The notes under the pieces are model-generated. The model did not search any database and was not told the origin of the DNA. It saw only the letters and a program-made list of their open reading frames with translations. Made by a program: the position numbers and the translations under genes. Shown here piece after piece: positions 37,410-50,963 of a DNA stretch of 64,000 nucleotides (positions are counted from its first letter, which is position 1; each line of letters opens with the position of its first letter). This DNA comes from Octopus sinensis (Eukaryota), in contig NC_042998.1 in NCBI RefSeq assembly GCF_006345805.1, positions 9,300,001 through 9,364,000 on the forward strand. The letters run 5' to 3'.

Positions 37410-37920
37410 CATGGGTGTGTGCTTAAGAAGCTCACTTTGTAACCACATAGTTTCAGGTTAATTCCTCTAGTGCAGCACCTTGGGCAAGTATCTTCTACTA
37501 TAGCCCCTGGCTGGCCAATAATTTGTGAGTGAATTTGGTAGACAGAAACTGTGTGGAAGCTTGTTGTATACATATCATCATTTAACATCCACTTTCTGTG
37601 CTGGCATGGGTTAGACAGTTTGACTGGAACTGGTAATCCAGAGGGCTGCACCAAATTCCAATCTGATTTGGCATGGTTTCTACGGCTGGATGCCCTTCCT
37701 AATGCCAACCACTCCCAGAGTGTAATGGGTGCTTTTAACATGCCACCAGCATGGGTACTATCTACTTGCTACTGGCAACAGCCATGATTACGATTTTACG
37801 GGTGCCGTTTACATGACACTGGTAACGACCACCACTATGATTTCATTTGGCTTGACAAGTCTTCTCAAGCACAGCATATCATCAAAGGTCTCGGTCACTT
37901 GTCATCACCTCCGTTTGGCC
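37410..37920. mobile_element. Degraded SINE B head (+) followed by a family C copy (-, ~37573-37920)
   Basis: gcagcaccttgggcaagtatcttctactatagcc; then catcatcatttaacatccact...ggatgcccttcctaatgccaaccactcc...cttctcaagcacagcatatcatcaaaggtctcggtcac. Confidence 0.75.
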
Positions 37921-38534
37921 TAACATTCGAAGAGCATGCTTCACCACCTCATTCTATGTCATGTGTCTATATGTCTATATATTCACCTTGCTACTTGATA
38001 ACTGGTATTGATTTGTTTATACCCTCATAATTTAGCAGTTTCTGTGAGAGAGACTGATAGAGACCAGACTTAAAACATTAAGTACTGGAGTTGATTTGTT
38101 CACCAAAACCCATCAATGGCTGCAATCAAAGATCTTTTTTTAAATATATTTTTTTCTTATAAAGATATCTTTGTACATAATTTATGTTTGTAACCAGAAA
38201 AATGTGTATGCACATATTCTACTAGTTTTAACCTTTTACCTGTAATATTGGAGTTACACTTTATCTTCTTGGATTAAAATATTGTAATTTTTTACATGCT
38301 GCTAAAATTTCTAAATGTAGCACTTACGATTTGTTAACCTTTTATAAATTATAAGAATGAATTAGACAAAAGAAAACTTACCACAAGAGCTGTGAGCATT
38401 GCAAGCCTTACACCTCTTGAAAACTTCACTTTGTACTAACTTACTAAAATATCCACCTTTGCACATTTTTTTTTGCTTTTTGCTTACTGTAGCTGATACT
38501 TTGTTGCAATTCTGTTATCTCTATTTCATATTAA

Positions 38535-38725
38535 CCCTTATGCTTCCATAGTTCTGTTAAAATACACTGCCTTTGTTTCAGTTAAGTTTGAAAATGATGG
38601 AGACTTCACTCCAATAACTTTGTCATTATTTAAGATGTTTAGAACATAAATGAACATAATGGAAGGGTTTTTAAGTTGCTATCATGCAAGCTGGGGTGGT
38701 CTCAGGTGGTTTGGCATCAAAAGGG
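38535..38725. mobile_element. TTAA MITE (diverged)
   Basis: TTAA-CCCTTATGC ... GCATCAAAAGGG-TTAA. Confidence 0.6.
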
Positions 38726-38752
38726 TTAAAGTGTACATTGTCATCATCACAT

Positions 38753-39258
38753 GTGAAAATCAAAATCAAACCAAATCAAAATAGATGAACATCAATGGAA
38801 TTTGTATCTTTGTGGTACTAGTGCCGGTGGCACATAAGAAAACCATCCGAACATGGCCGTAGCCAGTACCGCATCAACTGGCCTCCGTGCTGTGGGCACG
38901 TAACAAACACCATCCGATCGTGGCCGTTCGCCAGCCTCGTCTGGCGCCTGTGTCGGTGGCACATAAAAAACACCATCCGTGCGTGGCCGTCTGCCAGCCT
39001 CGTCTGGCACCTGTGTCGGTGGCACATAAAAAACACCATCCGAGCGTGGCCGTTCACCAGCCTCGTCTGGCACCTGTCGGTGGCACATAAAATCACCCAC
39101 TACACTCTCAGAGTGGTTGGCGTTAGGAAGGGCATCCAGCTGTAGAAACACTGCCAGATCCGACTGGCCTGGTGCAGCCTTCTGACTTCCCAGACCCCAG
39201 TTGAACTGTCCAACCCATGCTAGCATGGAAAGCGGACATTAAATGATGATGATGATGA
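38753..39258 (+). mobile_element. Family C retroposon, 5 modules
   Basis: Five gtg(c/t)cggtggcac-ataa..aacacc modules at ~60-68 bp spacing; conserved tail; (GAT)n. Confidence 0.9.
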
Positions 39259-39512
39259 CATCTGTATTGGCACAGTTTCTATGGTTGGATGACTTATTAA
39301 CATTAACCAATTTACAGTGTATTTGGTGCATTTTATCGTGATACCAGTGATGTTACCATGTACTCTGCAAGATTAAATAGCTCATTCTTAGAGTAGAAGA
39401 GAGGGTGATGATAGAAGCTGAGCTTTGAGATGGTGAGATAAGTGAAAATACAATGGGAGAAAAAGATTTATTGGTGTAAGAGGTTGGTATAAGAGCTGGA
39501 AAAAGAAGTCAA

Positions 39513-42500
39513 TGACTAGTGACCGAGACCTTTGGTGATATGCTGTGCTTGAGAAGACCTATCAACTCAGGTGAAATTGTAATCGTTGCCGATGCCGGTG
39601 TCGTGTAACTGGCATGTAAAAAGCACCGTTCAAATGTAGGTCTTCATGCAGGCAATGTGGCCAATGCTGGTGTCACGTAACTAGCACCTGTGCCAGTGGC
39701 ACATAAAAAGCACCTTTCATGTGTTGGGCCTCATGCAGGCAATGTGGCCAATGATGGTGTCACGTAACTAGCACCTGTGCCAGTGGCACATAAAAAGCAC
39801 CTTTCATGTGTTGGGCCTCATGCAGGCAATGTGGTTGATGCTGGTGTCATGTAACTAGCACCTGTGCCAGTGGCACATAAAAAGCACCTTTCATGTGTTG
39901 GGCCTCATGCAGGCAATGTGGTTGATGCTGGTGTCATGTAACTAGCACCTGTGCCAGTGGCACATAAAAAGCACCTTTCATGTGTTGGGCCTCATGCAGG
40001 CAATGTGGCCAATGCTGGTGTCATGTAACTAGCACCTGTGCCAGTGGCACATAAAAAGCACCTTTCATGTGTTGGGCCTCATGCAGGCAATGTGGCTGAT
40101 GCTGGTGTCATGTAACTAGCACCTGTGCCAGTGGCACATAAAAAGCACCTTTCATGTGTTGGGCCTCATGCAGGCAATGTGGCCAATGCTGGTGTCATGT
40201 AACTAGCACCTGTGCCAGTGGCACATAAAAAGCACCTTTCATGTGTTGGGCCTCATGCAGGCAATGTGGCCAATGCTGGTGTCATGTAACTAGCACCTGT
40301 GCCAGTGGCACATAAAAAGCACCTTTCATGTGTTGGGCCTCATGCAGGCAATGTGGCCAATGCTGGTGTTATGTAACTAGCACCTGTGCCAGTGGCACAT
40401 AAAAAGCACCTTTCATGTGTTGGGCCTCATGCAGGCAATGTGGCTGATGCTGGTGTCATGTAACTAGCACCTGTGCCAGTGGCACATAAAAAGCACCTTT
40501 CATGTGTTGGGCCTCATGCAGGCAATGTGGCCAATGCTGGTGTCATGTAACTAGCACCTGTGCCAGTGGCACATAAAAAGCACCTTTCATGTGTTGGGCC
40601 TCATGCAGGCAATGTGGCTGATGCTGGTGTCATGTAACTAGCACCTGTGCCAGTGGCACATAAAAAGCACCTTTCATGTGTTGGGCCTCATGCAGGCAAT
40701 GTGGCCAATGCTGGTGTCATGTAACTAGCACCTGTGCCAGTGGCACATAAAAAGCACCTTTCATGTGTTGGGCCTCATGCAGGCAATGTGGCCAATGCTG
40801 GTGTCATGTAACTAGCACCTGTGCCAGTGGCACATAAAAAGCACCTTTCATGTGTTGGGCCTCATGCAGGCAATGTGCTGATGCTGGTGTCATGTAACTA
40901 GCACCTGTGCCAGTGGCACATAAAAAGCACCTTTCATGTGTTGGGCCTCATGCAGGCAATGTGGCTGATGCTGGTGTCATGTAACTAGCACCTGTGCCAG
41001 TGGCACATAAAAAGCACCTTTCATGTGTTGGGCCTCATGCAGGCAATGTGGCTGATGCTGGTGTCATGTAACCAGCACCTGTGCCAGTGGCACATAAAAA
41101 GCACCTTTCATGTGTTGGGCCTCATGCAGGCAATGTGGCTGATGCTGGTGTCATGTAACCAGCACCTGTGCCAGTGGCACATAAAAAGCACCTTTCATGT
41201 GTTGGGCCTCATGCAGGCAATGTGGTCTGATGCTGGTGTCATGTAACCAGCACCTGTGCCAGTGGCACATAAAAAGCACCTTTCATGTGTTGGGCCTCAT
41301 GCAGGCAATGTGGCTGATGCTGGTGTCATGTACCAGCACCTGTGCCAGTGGCACATAAAAAGCACCTTTCATGTGTTGGGCCTCATGCAGGCAATGTGGC
41401 TGATGCTGGTGTCATGTAACTAGCACCTGTGCCAGTGGCACATAAAAAGCACCTTTCATGTGTTGGGCCTCATGCAGGCAATGTGGCTGATGCTGGTGTC
41501 ATGTAACCAGCACCTGTGCCAGTGGCACATAAAAAGCACCTTTCATGTGTTGGGCCTCATGCAGGCAATGTGGCCAATACTGGTGTCATGTAACTAGCAC
41601 CTGTGCCAGTGGCACATAAAAAGCACCTTTCATGTGTTGGGCCTCATGCAGGCAATGTGGCTGATGCTGGTGTCATGTAACCAGCACCTGTGCCAGTGGC
41701 ACATAAAAAGCACCTTTCATGTGTTGGGCCTCATGCAGGCAATGTGGCTGATGCTGGTGTCATGTAACTAGCACCTGTGCCAGTGGCACATAAAAAGCAC
41801 CTTTCATGTGTTGGGCCTCATGCAGGCAATGTGGCTGATGCTGGTGTCATGTAACCAGCACCTGTGCCAGTGGCACATAAAAAGCACCTTTCATGTGTTG
41901 GGCCTCATGCAGGCAATGTGGCCAATGCTGGTGTCATGTAACTAGCACCTGTGCCAGTGGCACATAAAAAGCACCTTTCATGTGTTGGGCCTCATGCAGG
42001 CAATGTGGCTGATGCTGGTGTCATGTAACTAGCACCTGTGCCAGTGGCACATAAAAAGCACCTTTCATGTGTTGGGCCTCATGCAGGCAATGTGGCTGAT
42101 GCTGGTGTCATGTAACTAGCACCTGTGCCAGTGGCACATAAAAAGCACCTTTCATGTGTTGGGCCTCATGCAGGCAATGTGGCTGATGCTGGCGTCATGT
42201 AACTAGCACCTGTGCCAGTGGCATGTAAAAAGCACCTTTCATGTGTTGGGCCTCATGCAGGCAATGTGGCTGATGCTGGTGTCATGTAACTAGCACCTGT
42301 GCCAGTGGCACATAAAAAGCACCTTTCATGTGTTGGGCCTCATGCAGGCAATGTGGCTGATGCTGGTGTCATGTAACTAGCACCTGTGCCAGTGGCACAT
42401 AAAAAGCACCTTTCATGTGTTGGGCCTCATGCAGGCAATGTGGCTGATGCTGGTGTCATGTAACTAGCACCTGTGCCAGTGGCACATAAAAAGCACCTTT

Positions 42501-45500
42501 CATGTGTTGGGCCTCATGCAGGCAATGTGGCCAATGCTGGTGTCATGTAACTAGTACCTGTGCCAGTGGCACATAAAAAGCACCTTTCATGTGTTGGGCC
42601 TCATGCAGGCAATGTGGCTGATGCTGGTGTCATGTAACCAGCACCTGTGCCAGTGGCACATAAAAAGCACCTTTCATGTGTTGGGCCTCATGCAGGCAAT
42701 GTGGCCAATGCTGGTGTCATGTAACTAGTACCTGTGCCAGTGGCACATAAAAAGCACCTTTCATGTGTTGGGCCTCATGCAGGCAATGTGGCTGATGCTG
42801 GTGTCATGTAACCAGCACCTGTGCCAGTGGCACATAAAAAGCACCTTTCATGTGTTGGGCCTCATGCAGGCAATGTGGCTGATGCTGGTGTCATGTGACT
42901 AGCACCTGTGCCAGTGGCACATAAAAAGCACCTTTCATGTGTTGGGCCTCATGCAGGCAATGTGGCCATGCTGGTGTCATGTAACTAGCACCTGTGCCAG
43001 TGGCACATAAAAAGCACCTTTCATGTGTTGGGCCTCATGCAGGCAATGTGGCTGATGCTGGTGTCATGTAACTAGCACCTGTGCCAGTGGCACATAAAAA
43101 GCACCTTTCATGTGTTGGGCTCATGCAGGCAATGTGGCCAATGCTGGTGTCATGTAACTAGCACCTGTGCCAGTGGCACATAAAAAGCACCTTTCATGTG
43201 TTGGGCCTCATGCAGGCAATGTGGCCATGCTGGTGTCATGTAACTAGCACCTGTGCCAGTGGCACATAAAAAGCACCTTTCATGTGTTGGGCCTCATGCA
43301 GGCAATGTGGCTGATGCTGGTGTCATGTAACTAGCACCTGTGCCAGTGGCACATAAAAAGCACTTTCATGTGTTGGGCCTCATGCAGGCAATGTGGCCAA
43401 TGCTGGTGTCATGTAACTAGCACCTGTGCCAGTGGCACATAAAAAGCACCTTTCATGTGTTGGGCCTCATGCAGGCAATGTGGCTGATGCTGGTGTCATG
43501 TAACTAGCACCTGTGCCAGTGGCACATAAAAAGCACCTTTCATGTGTTGGGCCTCATGCAGGCAATGTGGCTGATGCTGGTGTCATGTAACTAGCACCTG
43601 TGCCAGTGGCACAAAAAGCACCTTTCATGTGTTGGGCCTCATGCAGGCAATGTGGCCAATGCTGGTGTCATGTAACTAGCACCTGTGCCAGTGGCACATA
43701 AAAAGCACTTTCATGTGTTGGGCCTCATGCAGGCAATGTGGCTGATGCTGGTGTCATGTAACTAGCACCTGTGCCAGTGGCACATAAAAAGCACCTTTCA
43801 TGTGTTGGGCCTCATGCAGGCAATGTGGCCAATGCTGGTGTCATGTAACTAGCACCTGTGCCAGTGGCACATAAAAAGCACCTTTCATGTGTTGGGCCTC
43901 ATGCAGGCAATGTGGCCAATGCTGGTGTCATGTAACTAGCACCTGTGCCAGTGGCACATAAAAAGCACCTTTCATGTGTTGGGCCTCATGCAGGCAATGG
44001 GCTGATGCTGGTGTCATGTAACTAGCACCTGTGCCAGTGGCACATAAAAAGCACCTTTCATGTGTGGGCCTCATGCAGGCAATGTGGCTGATGCTGGTGT
44101 CATGTAACAGCACCTGTGCCAGTGGCACATAAAAAGCACCTTTCATGTGTTGGGCCTCATGCAGGCAATGTGGCTGATGCTGGTGTCATGTAACCAGCAC
44201 CTGTGCCAGTGGCACATAAAAAGCACCTTTCATGTGTTGGGCCTCATGGCAATGTGGCTGATGCTGGTGTCATGTAACTAGCACCTGTGCCAGTGGCACA
44301 TAAAAAGCACCTTTCATGTGTTGGGCCTCATGCAGGCAATGTGGCTGATGCTGGTGTCATGTAACTAGCACCTGTGCCAGTGGCACATAAAAAGCACCTT
44401 TCATGTGTTGGGCCTCATGCAGGCATGTGGCTGATGCTGGTGTCATGTAACTAGCACCTGTGCCAGTGGCACATAAAAAGCACCTTTCATGTGTTGGGCC
44501 TCATGCAGGCAATGTGGCTGATGCTGGTGTCATGTAACTAGCACCTGTGCCAGTGGCACATAAAAAGCACCTTTCATGTGTTGGGCCTCATGCAGGCAAT
44601 GTGGCCAATGCTGGTGTCATGTAACTAGTACCTGTGCCAGTGGCACATAAAAGCACCTTTCATGTGTTGGGCCTCATGCAGGCAATGTGGCTGATGCTGG
44701 TGTCATGTAACCAGCACCTGTGCCAGTGGCACATAAAAAGCACCTTTCATGTGTTGGGCCTCATGCAGGCAATGTGGCTGATGCTGGTGTCATGTAACTA
44801 GCACCTGTGCCAGTGGCACATAAAAAGCACCTTTCATGTGTTGGGCCTCATGCAGGCAATGTGGCCAATGCTGGTGTCATGTAACTAGCACCTGTGCCAG
44901 TGGCACATAAAAAGCACCTTTCATGTGTTGGGCCTCATGCAGGCAATGTGGTTGATGCTGGTGTCATGTAACTAGCACCTGTGCCAGTGGCACATAAAAA
45001 GCACCTTTCATGTGTTGGGCCTCATGCAGGCAATGTGGCAATGCTGGTGTCATGTAACTAGCACCTGTGCCAGTGGCACATAAAAAGCACTTTCATGTGT
45101 TGGGCCTCATGCAGGCAATGTGGCCAATGCTGGTGTCATGTAACTAGCACCTGTGCCAGTGGCACATAAAAAGCACCTTTCATGTGTTGGGCCTCATGCA
45201 GGCAATGTGGTGATGCTGGTGTCATGTAACTAGCACCTGTGCCAGTGGCACATAAAAAGCACCTTTCATGTGTTGGGCCTCATGCAGGCAATGTGGCCAA
45301 TGCTGGTGTCATGTAACTAGCACCTGTGCCAGTGGCACATAAAAAGCACTTTCATGTGTTGGGCCTCATGCAGGCAATGTGGCTGATGCTGGTGTCATGT
45401 AACTAGCACCTGTGCCAGTGGCACATAAAAAGCACCTTTCATGTGTTGGGCCTCATGCAGGCAATGTGGCTGATGCTGGTGTCATGTAACTAGCACCTGT

Positions 45501-48500
45501 GCCAGTGGCACATAAAAGCACCTTTCATGTGTTGGGCCTCATGCAGGCAATGTGGCCAATGCTGGTGTCATGTAACTAGCACCTGTGCCAGGTGGCACAT
45601 AAAAAGCACCTTTCATGTGTTGGGCCTCATGCAGGCAATGTGGCTGATGCTGGTGTCATGTAACTAGCACCTGTGCCAGTGGCACATAAAAAGCACCTTT
45701 CATGTGTGTTGGGCCTCATGCAGGCAATGTGGCCAATGCTGGTGTCATGTAACTAGCACCTGTGCCAGTGGCACATAAAAAGCACCTTTCATGTGTTGGG
45801 CCTCATGCAGGCAATGTGGCCAATGCTGGTGTCATGTAACTAGCACCTGTGCCAGTGGCACATAAAAAGCACCTTCATGTGTGGGCCTCATGCAGGCAAT
45901 GTGGCTGATGCTGGTGTCATGTAACTAGCACCTGTGCCAGTGGCACATAAAAAGCACCTTTCATGTGTTGGGCCTCATGCAGGCAATGTGGCTGATGCTG
46001 GTGTCATGTAACCAGCACCTGTGCCAGTGGCACATAAAAAGCACCTTTCATGTGTTGGGCCTCATGCAGGCAATGTGGCTGATGCTGGTGTCATGTAACC
46101 AGCACCTGTGCCAGTGGCACATAAAAAGCACCTTTCATGTGTTGGGCCTCATGCAGGCAATGTGGCTGATGCTGGTGTCATGTAACTAGCACCTGTGCCA
46201 GTGGCACATAAAAAGCACCTTTCATGTGTTGGGCCTCATGCAGGCAATGTGGCTGATGCTGGTGTCATGTAACTAGCACCTGTGCCAGTGGCACAAAAAA
46301 GCACCTTTCATGTGTTGGGCCTCATGCAGGCAATGTGGCTGATGCTGGTGTCATGTAACCAGCACCTGGCCAGTGGCACATAAAAGCACCTTTCATGTGT
46401 TGGGCCTCATGCAGGCAATGTGGCTGATGCTGGTGTCATGTAACTAGCACCTGTGCCAGTGGCACATAAAAAGCACCTTTCATGTGTTGGGCCTCATGCA
46501 GGCAATGTGGTTGATGCTGGTGTCACGTAACTAGCACCTGTGCCAGTGGCACATAAAAAGCACCTTTCATGTGTTGGGCCTCATGCAGGCAATGTGGTTG
46601 ATGCTGGTGTCATGTAACTAGCACCTGTGCCAGTGGCACATAAAAAGCACCTTTCATGTGTTGGGCCTCATGCAGGCAATGTGGCTGATGCTGGTGTCAT
46701 GTAACTAGCACCTGTGCCAGTGGCACATAAAAAGCACCTTTCATGTGTTGGGCCTCATGCAGGCAATGTGGCTGATGCTGGTGTCATGTAACCAGCACCT
46801 GTGCCAGTGGCACATAAAAGCACCTTTCATGTGTTGGGCCTCATGCAGGCAATGTGGCTGATGCTGGTGTCATGTAACTAGCACCTGTGCCAGTGGCACA
46901 TAAAAAGCACTTTCATGTGTTGGGCCTCATGCAGGCAATGTGCTGATGCTGGTGTCATGTAACCAGCACCTGTGCCAGTGGCACATAAAAAGCACCTTTC
47001 ATGTGTTGGGCCTCATGCAGGCAATGTGGCTGATGCTGGTGTCATGTAACAGCACCTGTGCCAGTGGCACATAAAAAGCACCTTTCATGTGTTGGGCCTC
47101 ATGCAGGCAATGTGGCTGATGCTGGTGTCATGTAACTAGCACCTGTGCCAGTGGCACGTAAAAAGCACCTTTCATGTGTGGGCCTCATGCAGGCAATGTG
47201 GCTGATGCTGGTGTCATGTAACTAGCACCTGTGCCAGTGGCACATAAAAAGCACCTTCATGTGTTGGGCCTCATGCAGGCAATGTGGCTGATGCTGGTGT
47301 CATGTAACTAGCACCTGTGCCAGTGGCATGTAAAAAGCACCTTCATGTGTTGGGCCTCATGCAGGCAATGTGGCTGATGCTGGTGTCATGTAACTAGCAC
47401 CTGTGCCAGTGGCATGTAAAAAGCACCTTTCATGTGTTGGGCCTCATGCAGGCAATGTGGCTGATGCTGGTGTCATGTAACCAGCACCTGTGCCAGTGGC
47501 ATGTAAAAAGCACCTTTCATGTGTTGGGCCTCATGCAGGCAATGTGGCTGATGCTGGTGTCATGTAACCAGCACCTGTGCCAGTGGCACATAAAAAGCAC
47601 CTTTCATGTTGGGCCTCATGCAGGCAATGTGGCTGATGCTGGTGTCATGTAACTAGCACCTGTGCCAGTGGCACATAAAAAGCACCTTTCATGTGTTGGG
47701 CCTCATGCAGGCAATGTGGCTGATGCTGGTGTCATGTAACTAGCACCTGTGCCAGTGGCACATAAAAAGCACCTTTCATGTGTTGGGCCTCATGCAGGCA
47801 ATGTGGCCAATGCTGGTGTCATGTAACTAGCACCTGTGCCAGTGGCACATAAAAAGCACCTTTCATGTGTTGGGCCTCATGCAGGCAATGTGGCTGATGC
47901 TGGTGTCATGTAACTAGCACCTGTGCCAGTGGCACATAAAAAGCACCTTTCATGTGTTGGGCCTCATGCAGGCAATGTGGCTGATGCTGGTGTCATGTAA
48001 CTAGCACCTGTGCCAGTGGCACATAAAAAGCACCTTTCATGTGTTGGGCCTCATGCAGGCAATGCTTGATGCTGGTGTCATGTAACCAGCACCTGTGCCA
48101 GTGGCACATAAAAAGCACCTTTCATGTGTTGGGCCTCATGCAGGCAATGTGGCTGATGCTGGTGTCATGTAACCAGCACCTGTGCCAGTGGCACATAAAA
48201 AGCACCTTTCATGTGTTGGGCCTCATGCAGGCAATGTGGCTGATGCTGGTGTCATGTAACTAGCACCTGTGCCAGGCACATAAAAAGCACCTTTCATGTG
48301 TTGGGCCTCATGCAGGCAATGTGGCTGATGCTGGTGTCATGTAACCAGCACCTGTGCCAGTGGCACATAAAAAGCACCTTTCATGTGTTGGGCCTCATGC
48401 AGGCAATGTGGCTGATGCTGGTGTCATGTAACTAGCACCTGTGCCAGTGGCATGTAAAAAGCACCTTTCATGTGTTGGGCCTCATGCAGGCAATGTGGCT

Positions 48501-48956
48501 GATGCTGGTGTCATGTAACTAGCACCTGTGCCAGTGGCACATAAAAAGCACCTTTCATGTGTTGGGCCTCATGCAGGCAATGTGGCTGATGCTGGTGTCA
48601 TGTAACCAGCACCTGTGCCAGTGGCATGTAAAAAGCACCTGTTGAGCATTGAGCTTCATGGAGACAATGAATAACAAATGACTGAGACCTTTGGCAATAT
48701 GCTGTGCTTGAGAAGAAAACTTATCAAGCCAAGTGAAATTATAGTCATGGCAGATACTGGTGTCACACAACTGGTATCCGTGCCAGTGGCATGTAAAAGC
48801 ACTCATTACACTTTGAGTGGTTGGTGTTAGGAAGGGCATCCAGCTGTAGAAACGATGCCAAATCAGACTGGAGTCTGGTGCAGCCCCTCAGCTTATCAGC
48901 CCTGGTCAAACCATCCAACCCATGCCAGCATGGACAACAGATGTTAAATGATGATG
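39513..48956 (+). mobile_element. Family C subfamily copy hosting the 87-bp array
   Basis: The 5' segment gaccgagacctttggtgatatgctgtgcttgagaag recurs, diverged, after the array (~48680). The element ends with gagtggttggtgttaggaagggcatccagctgtagaaac...gttaaatgatgatg. Confidence 0.85.
39645..48640. repeat. Tandem array of ~103 x 87-bp units
   Basis: Unit CTTTCATGTGTTGGGCCTCATGCAGGCAATGTGG(CTG/CCA/TTG)ATGCTGGTGTCATGTAAC(T/C)AGCACCTGTGCCAGTGGCACATAAAAAGCAC; period 87 (e.g. 39721 to 39808). Confidence 0.98.
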
Positions 48957-49299
48957 TTATGAATACTGAAAGAGAAACAAACACTAGTGATAGGCTGTGA
49001 TAACAGCCACTACTTTGGTGGTACGAGAATGAGTGATTAAAGAATTTTCAATTCACAATTGTATACTGTTTTACAAAAATGAAATTAAAATTTACTGATA
49101 AATGAAACTATTTAAATATGTCAACTCTATAAATATTTCTGACTTTTGATGCTATTCTTGTATCATTTTATTTTTTTACCATTGTTTGAATGCTGTCTGG
49201 TATCTTTGTAATTTTGGACTTTAGATATTTGAAGTACATGAAATTTTGTATTTGTTGCCAAATTTGATTTTATCTAGTAATAAATATGGTGTCATTTTG

Positions 49300-50300
49300 T
49301 AGACTAGAGGACAGCATGATGTAAAATCATTGTTCTTTTTTCCATCTAATTTGGACTTAGAGGCCTGCAAAATATTTCTCAATCTGCTTTACTCCAGTGA
49401 CATCTCATCTTTTCAAACACAATCTAACTTCTCAAGTTCTTCAATTTTATTTCAAACACTTTTTACTATAAATGTGTCTGAGAGGTTTTTTTTTTCTTCT
49501 TCCATATTACATCATACTTGTGCACACAGCGTATAAACTACATTTTGTACATGAAGAACTAACTCAATCTTTATCTTTGTATCTGAGATTGTGCCTTTAT
49601 TCCAGTCGAACGATTGGAATAAGATCTTCCCAGAACAAATATCTTCTGTAACATCTGACATAAATGCTTTCAACACCTTTATGTCTCAACATTCTACAGC
49701 AACTTTAATTTTTATTTTTTTATGTATCTTTTTTTTTTTTTTGTTAGATCCCTATAGCAGTTCTTCCAGTTGGCTTGACTATAGTCTTGTAATTTTTCCA
49801 TATCCTTTCATCAGCAACTTTTCACTGACCTATTTCCACACCTTTCTTTCCATGGCCACAGAGGGCAAATTTGCTGGAGTTATTTGAAATTTCTCTTTCA
49901 ATGACATGTTTTGTATTGACACACTGTCTTATTTAAAACACTTCACATGACACATCACAGCATAGAGCAGTTGCAAACATCCTTCCCATTACTGAAGCCT
50001 TATTTTTTTAATCTTTTTTTTTTTGCCTCTGTACATATGTAGGTCTACTTTCCTGATAGCTTCTGTCTTGTCATCTTTTTTATTTATTTCTTACAGCCAT
50101 GACTAATATATCACTTAGCTTAGCCTCTGTCCCAAGCAACAGAACAGTGTACCACTTTGAGTTTGTGTTTTCTCCATTTGTATAAATATCTGCTTGTGCA
50201 ATTTGAAGATAAACCTTTTAATTGACATCTGTTTCCACTCCCATTTTCCCCCACATAATAAATTCATAACCACCTATTTGGTTTCGAAAGGAGCTAATTA
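49300..50300 (-). mobile_element. Possible very old RTE-like LINE remnant
   Basis: Only faint minus-strand resemblances to the RTE endonuclease region (e.g. KHKLKVVH); many stops. Confidence 0.25.
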
Positions 50301-50553
50301 CTCTCTGGGGATAAATTTTGTGTCTTAGATTGTCTTTCAGATCAAACTATTAGCTGGCTAGCATTTTGAAATTTGTTATAATTGATAAATTCATTTGTTT
50401 TTAAGTAATGAAGCACCTTTGTTTATATTCCTACTTTTTTTTTCTATTCTACTATGGGTTGAATGAGACTTCTTGAGTATTCTACAGACAAATGTCCTCC
50501 CTCACACCAGCTCCTCCTATTTTTAAGTAAGGCATGTTATTTCATGCCTTTAA

Positions 50554-50773
50554 CCCTTTTGTTACTGTATTTATTTTGAGATGCTCTGTGTTTCTTTCAA
50601 TTACTTCAAATATAACAAAGAATTTAGTAAAATAACTTAGTTATCATTAAGTTAGTGTTAGGAACATAAATTGTGACTAAGGTTTGGTGGAAGATTTTAA
50701 TTCAAAACTTATGAAAGCAAGACATTTGTACTCAGAGCCAGAGCTGGTTTCAGCCAGGTTGGTAACAAAAGGG
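50554..50773 (+). mobile_element. TTAA/piggyBac-type MITE (family E)
   Basis: TTAA flanks; perfect 12-bp TIR cccttttgttac / gtaacaaaaggg. Confidence 0.9.
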
Positions 50774-50963
50774 TTAAATGTTGAAACACACACACACACA
50801 CCTTTGGTGGTTTTTCAAACACTTTCTGTCAATGAAATTTCACTTGTAAGACTATGGTCAGCCTGAGGTTATAGGAGAAGATACTTGCCTGAGATGTCCT
50901 GCAGCAGGATAGAACCTAAAACCATGTACTTGCAAAGTTTAACTGCAGAGCCATAGCTTTTAA

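Noticed and set aside
40870-48300. Scattered single-base indels in array units
   Set aside because: Mostly one-base losses in short runs, as expected from long-read consensus error; not treated as biological variants.
39645-48640. CRISPR-like interpretation of hairpin repeats with spacers (also the family C modules)
   Set aside because: Spacers are homologous or identical to each other, there are no cas genes, and the context is an animal intron.
39645-48840. 29-aa repeat ORFs (MLGLMQAMWLMLVSCNQHLCQWHIKSTFHV) in the 87-bp array
   Set aside because: The unit is a multiple of 3 by coincidence; most units carry TAG in that frame and read through only with the ACCAG variant; the unit derives from a non-coding retroposon module.
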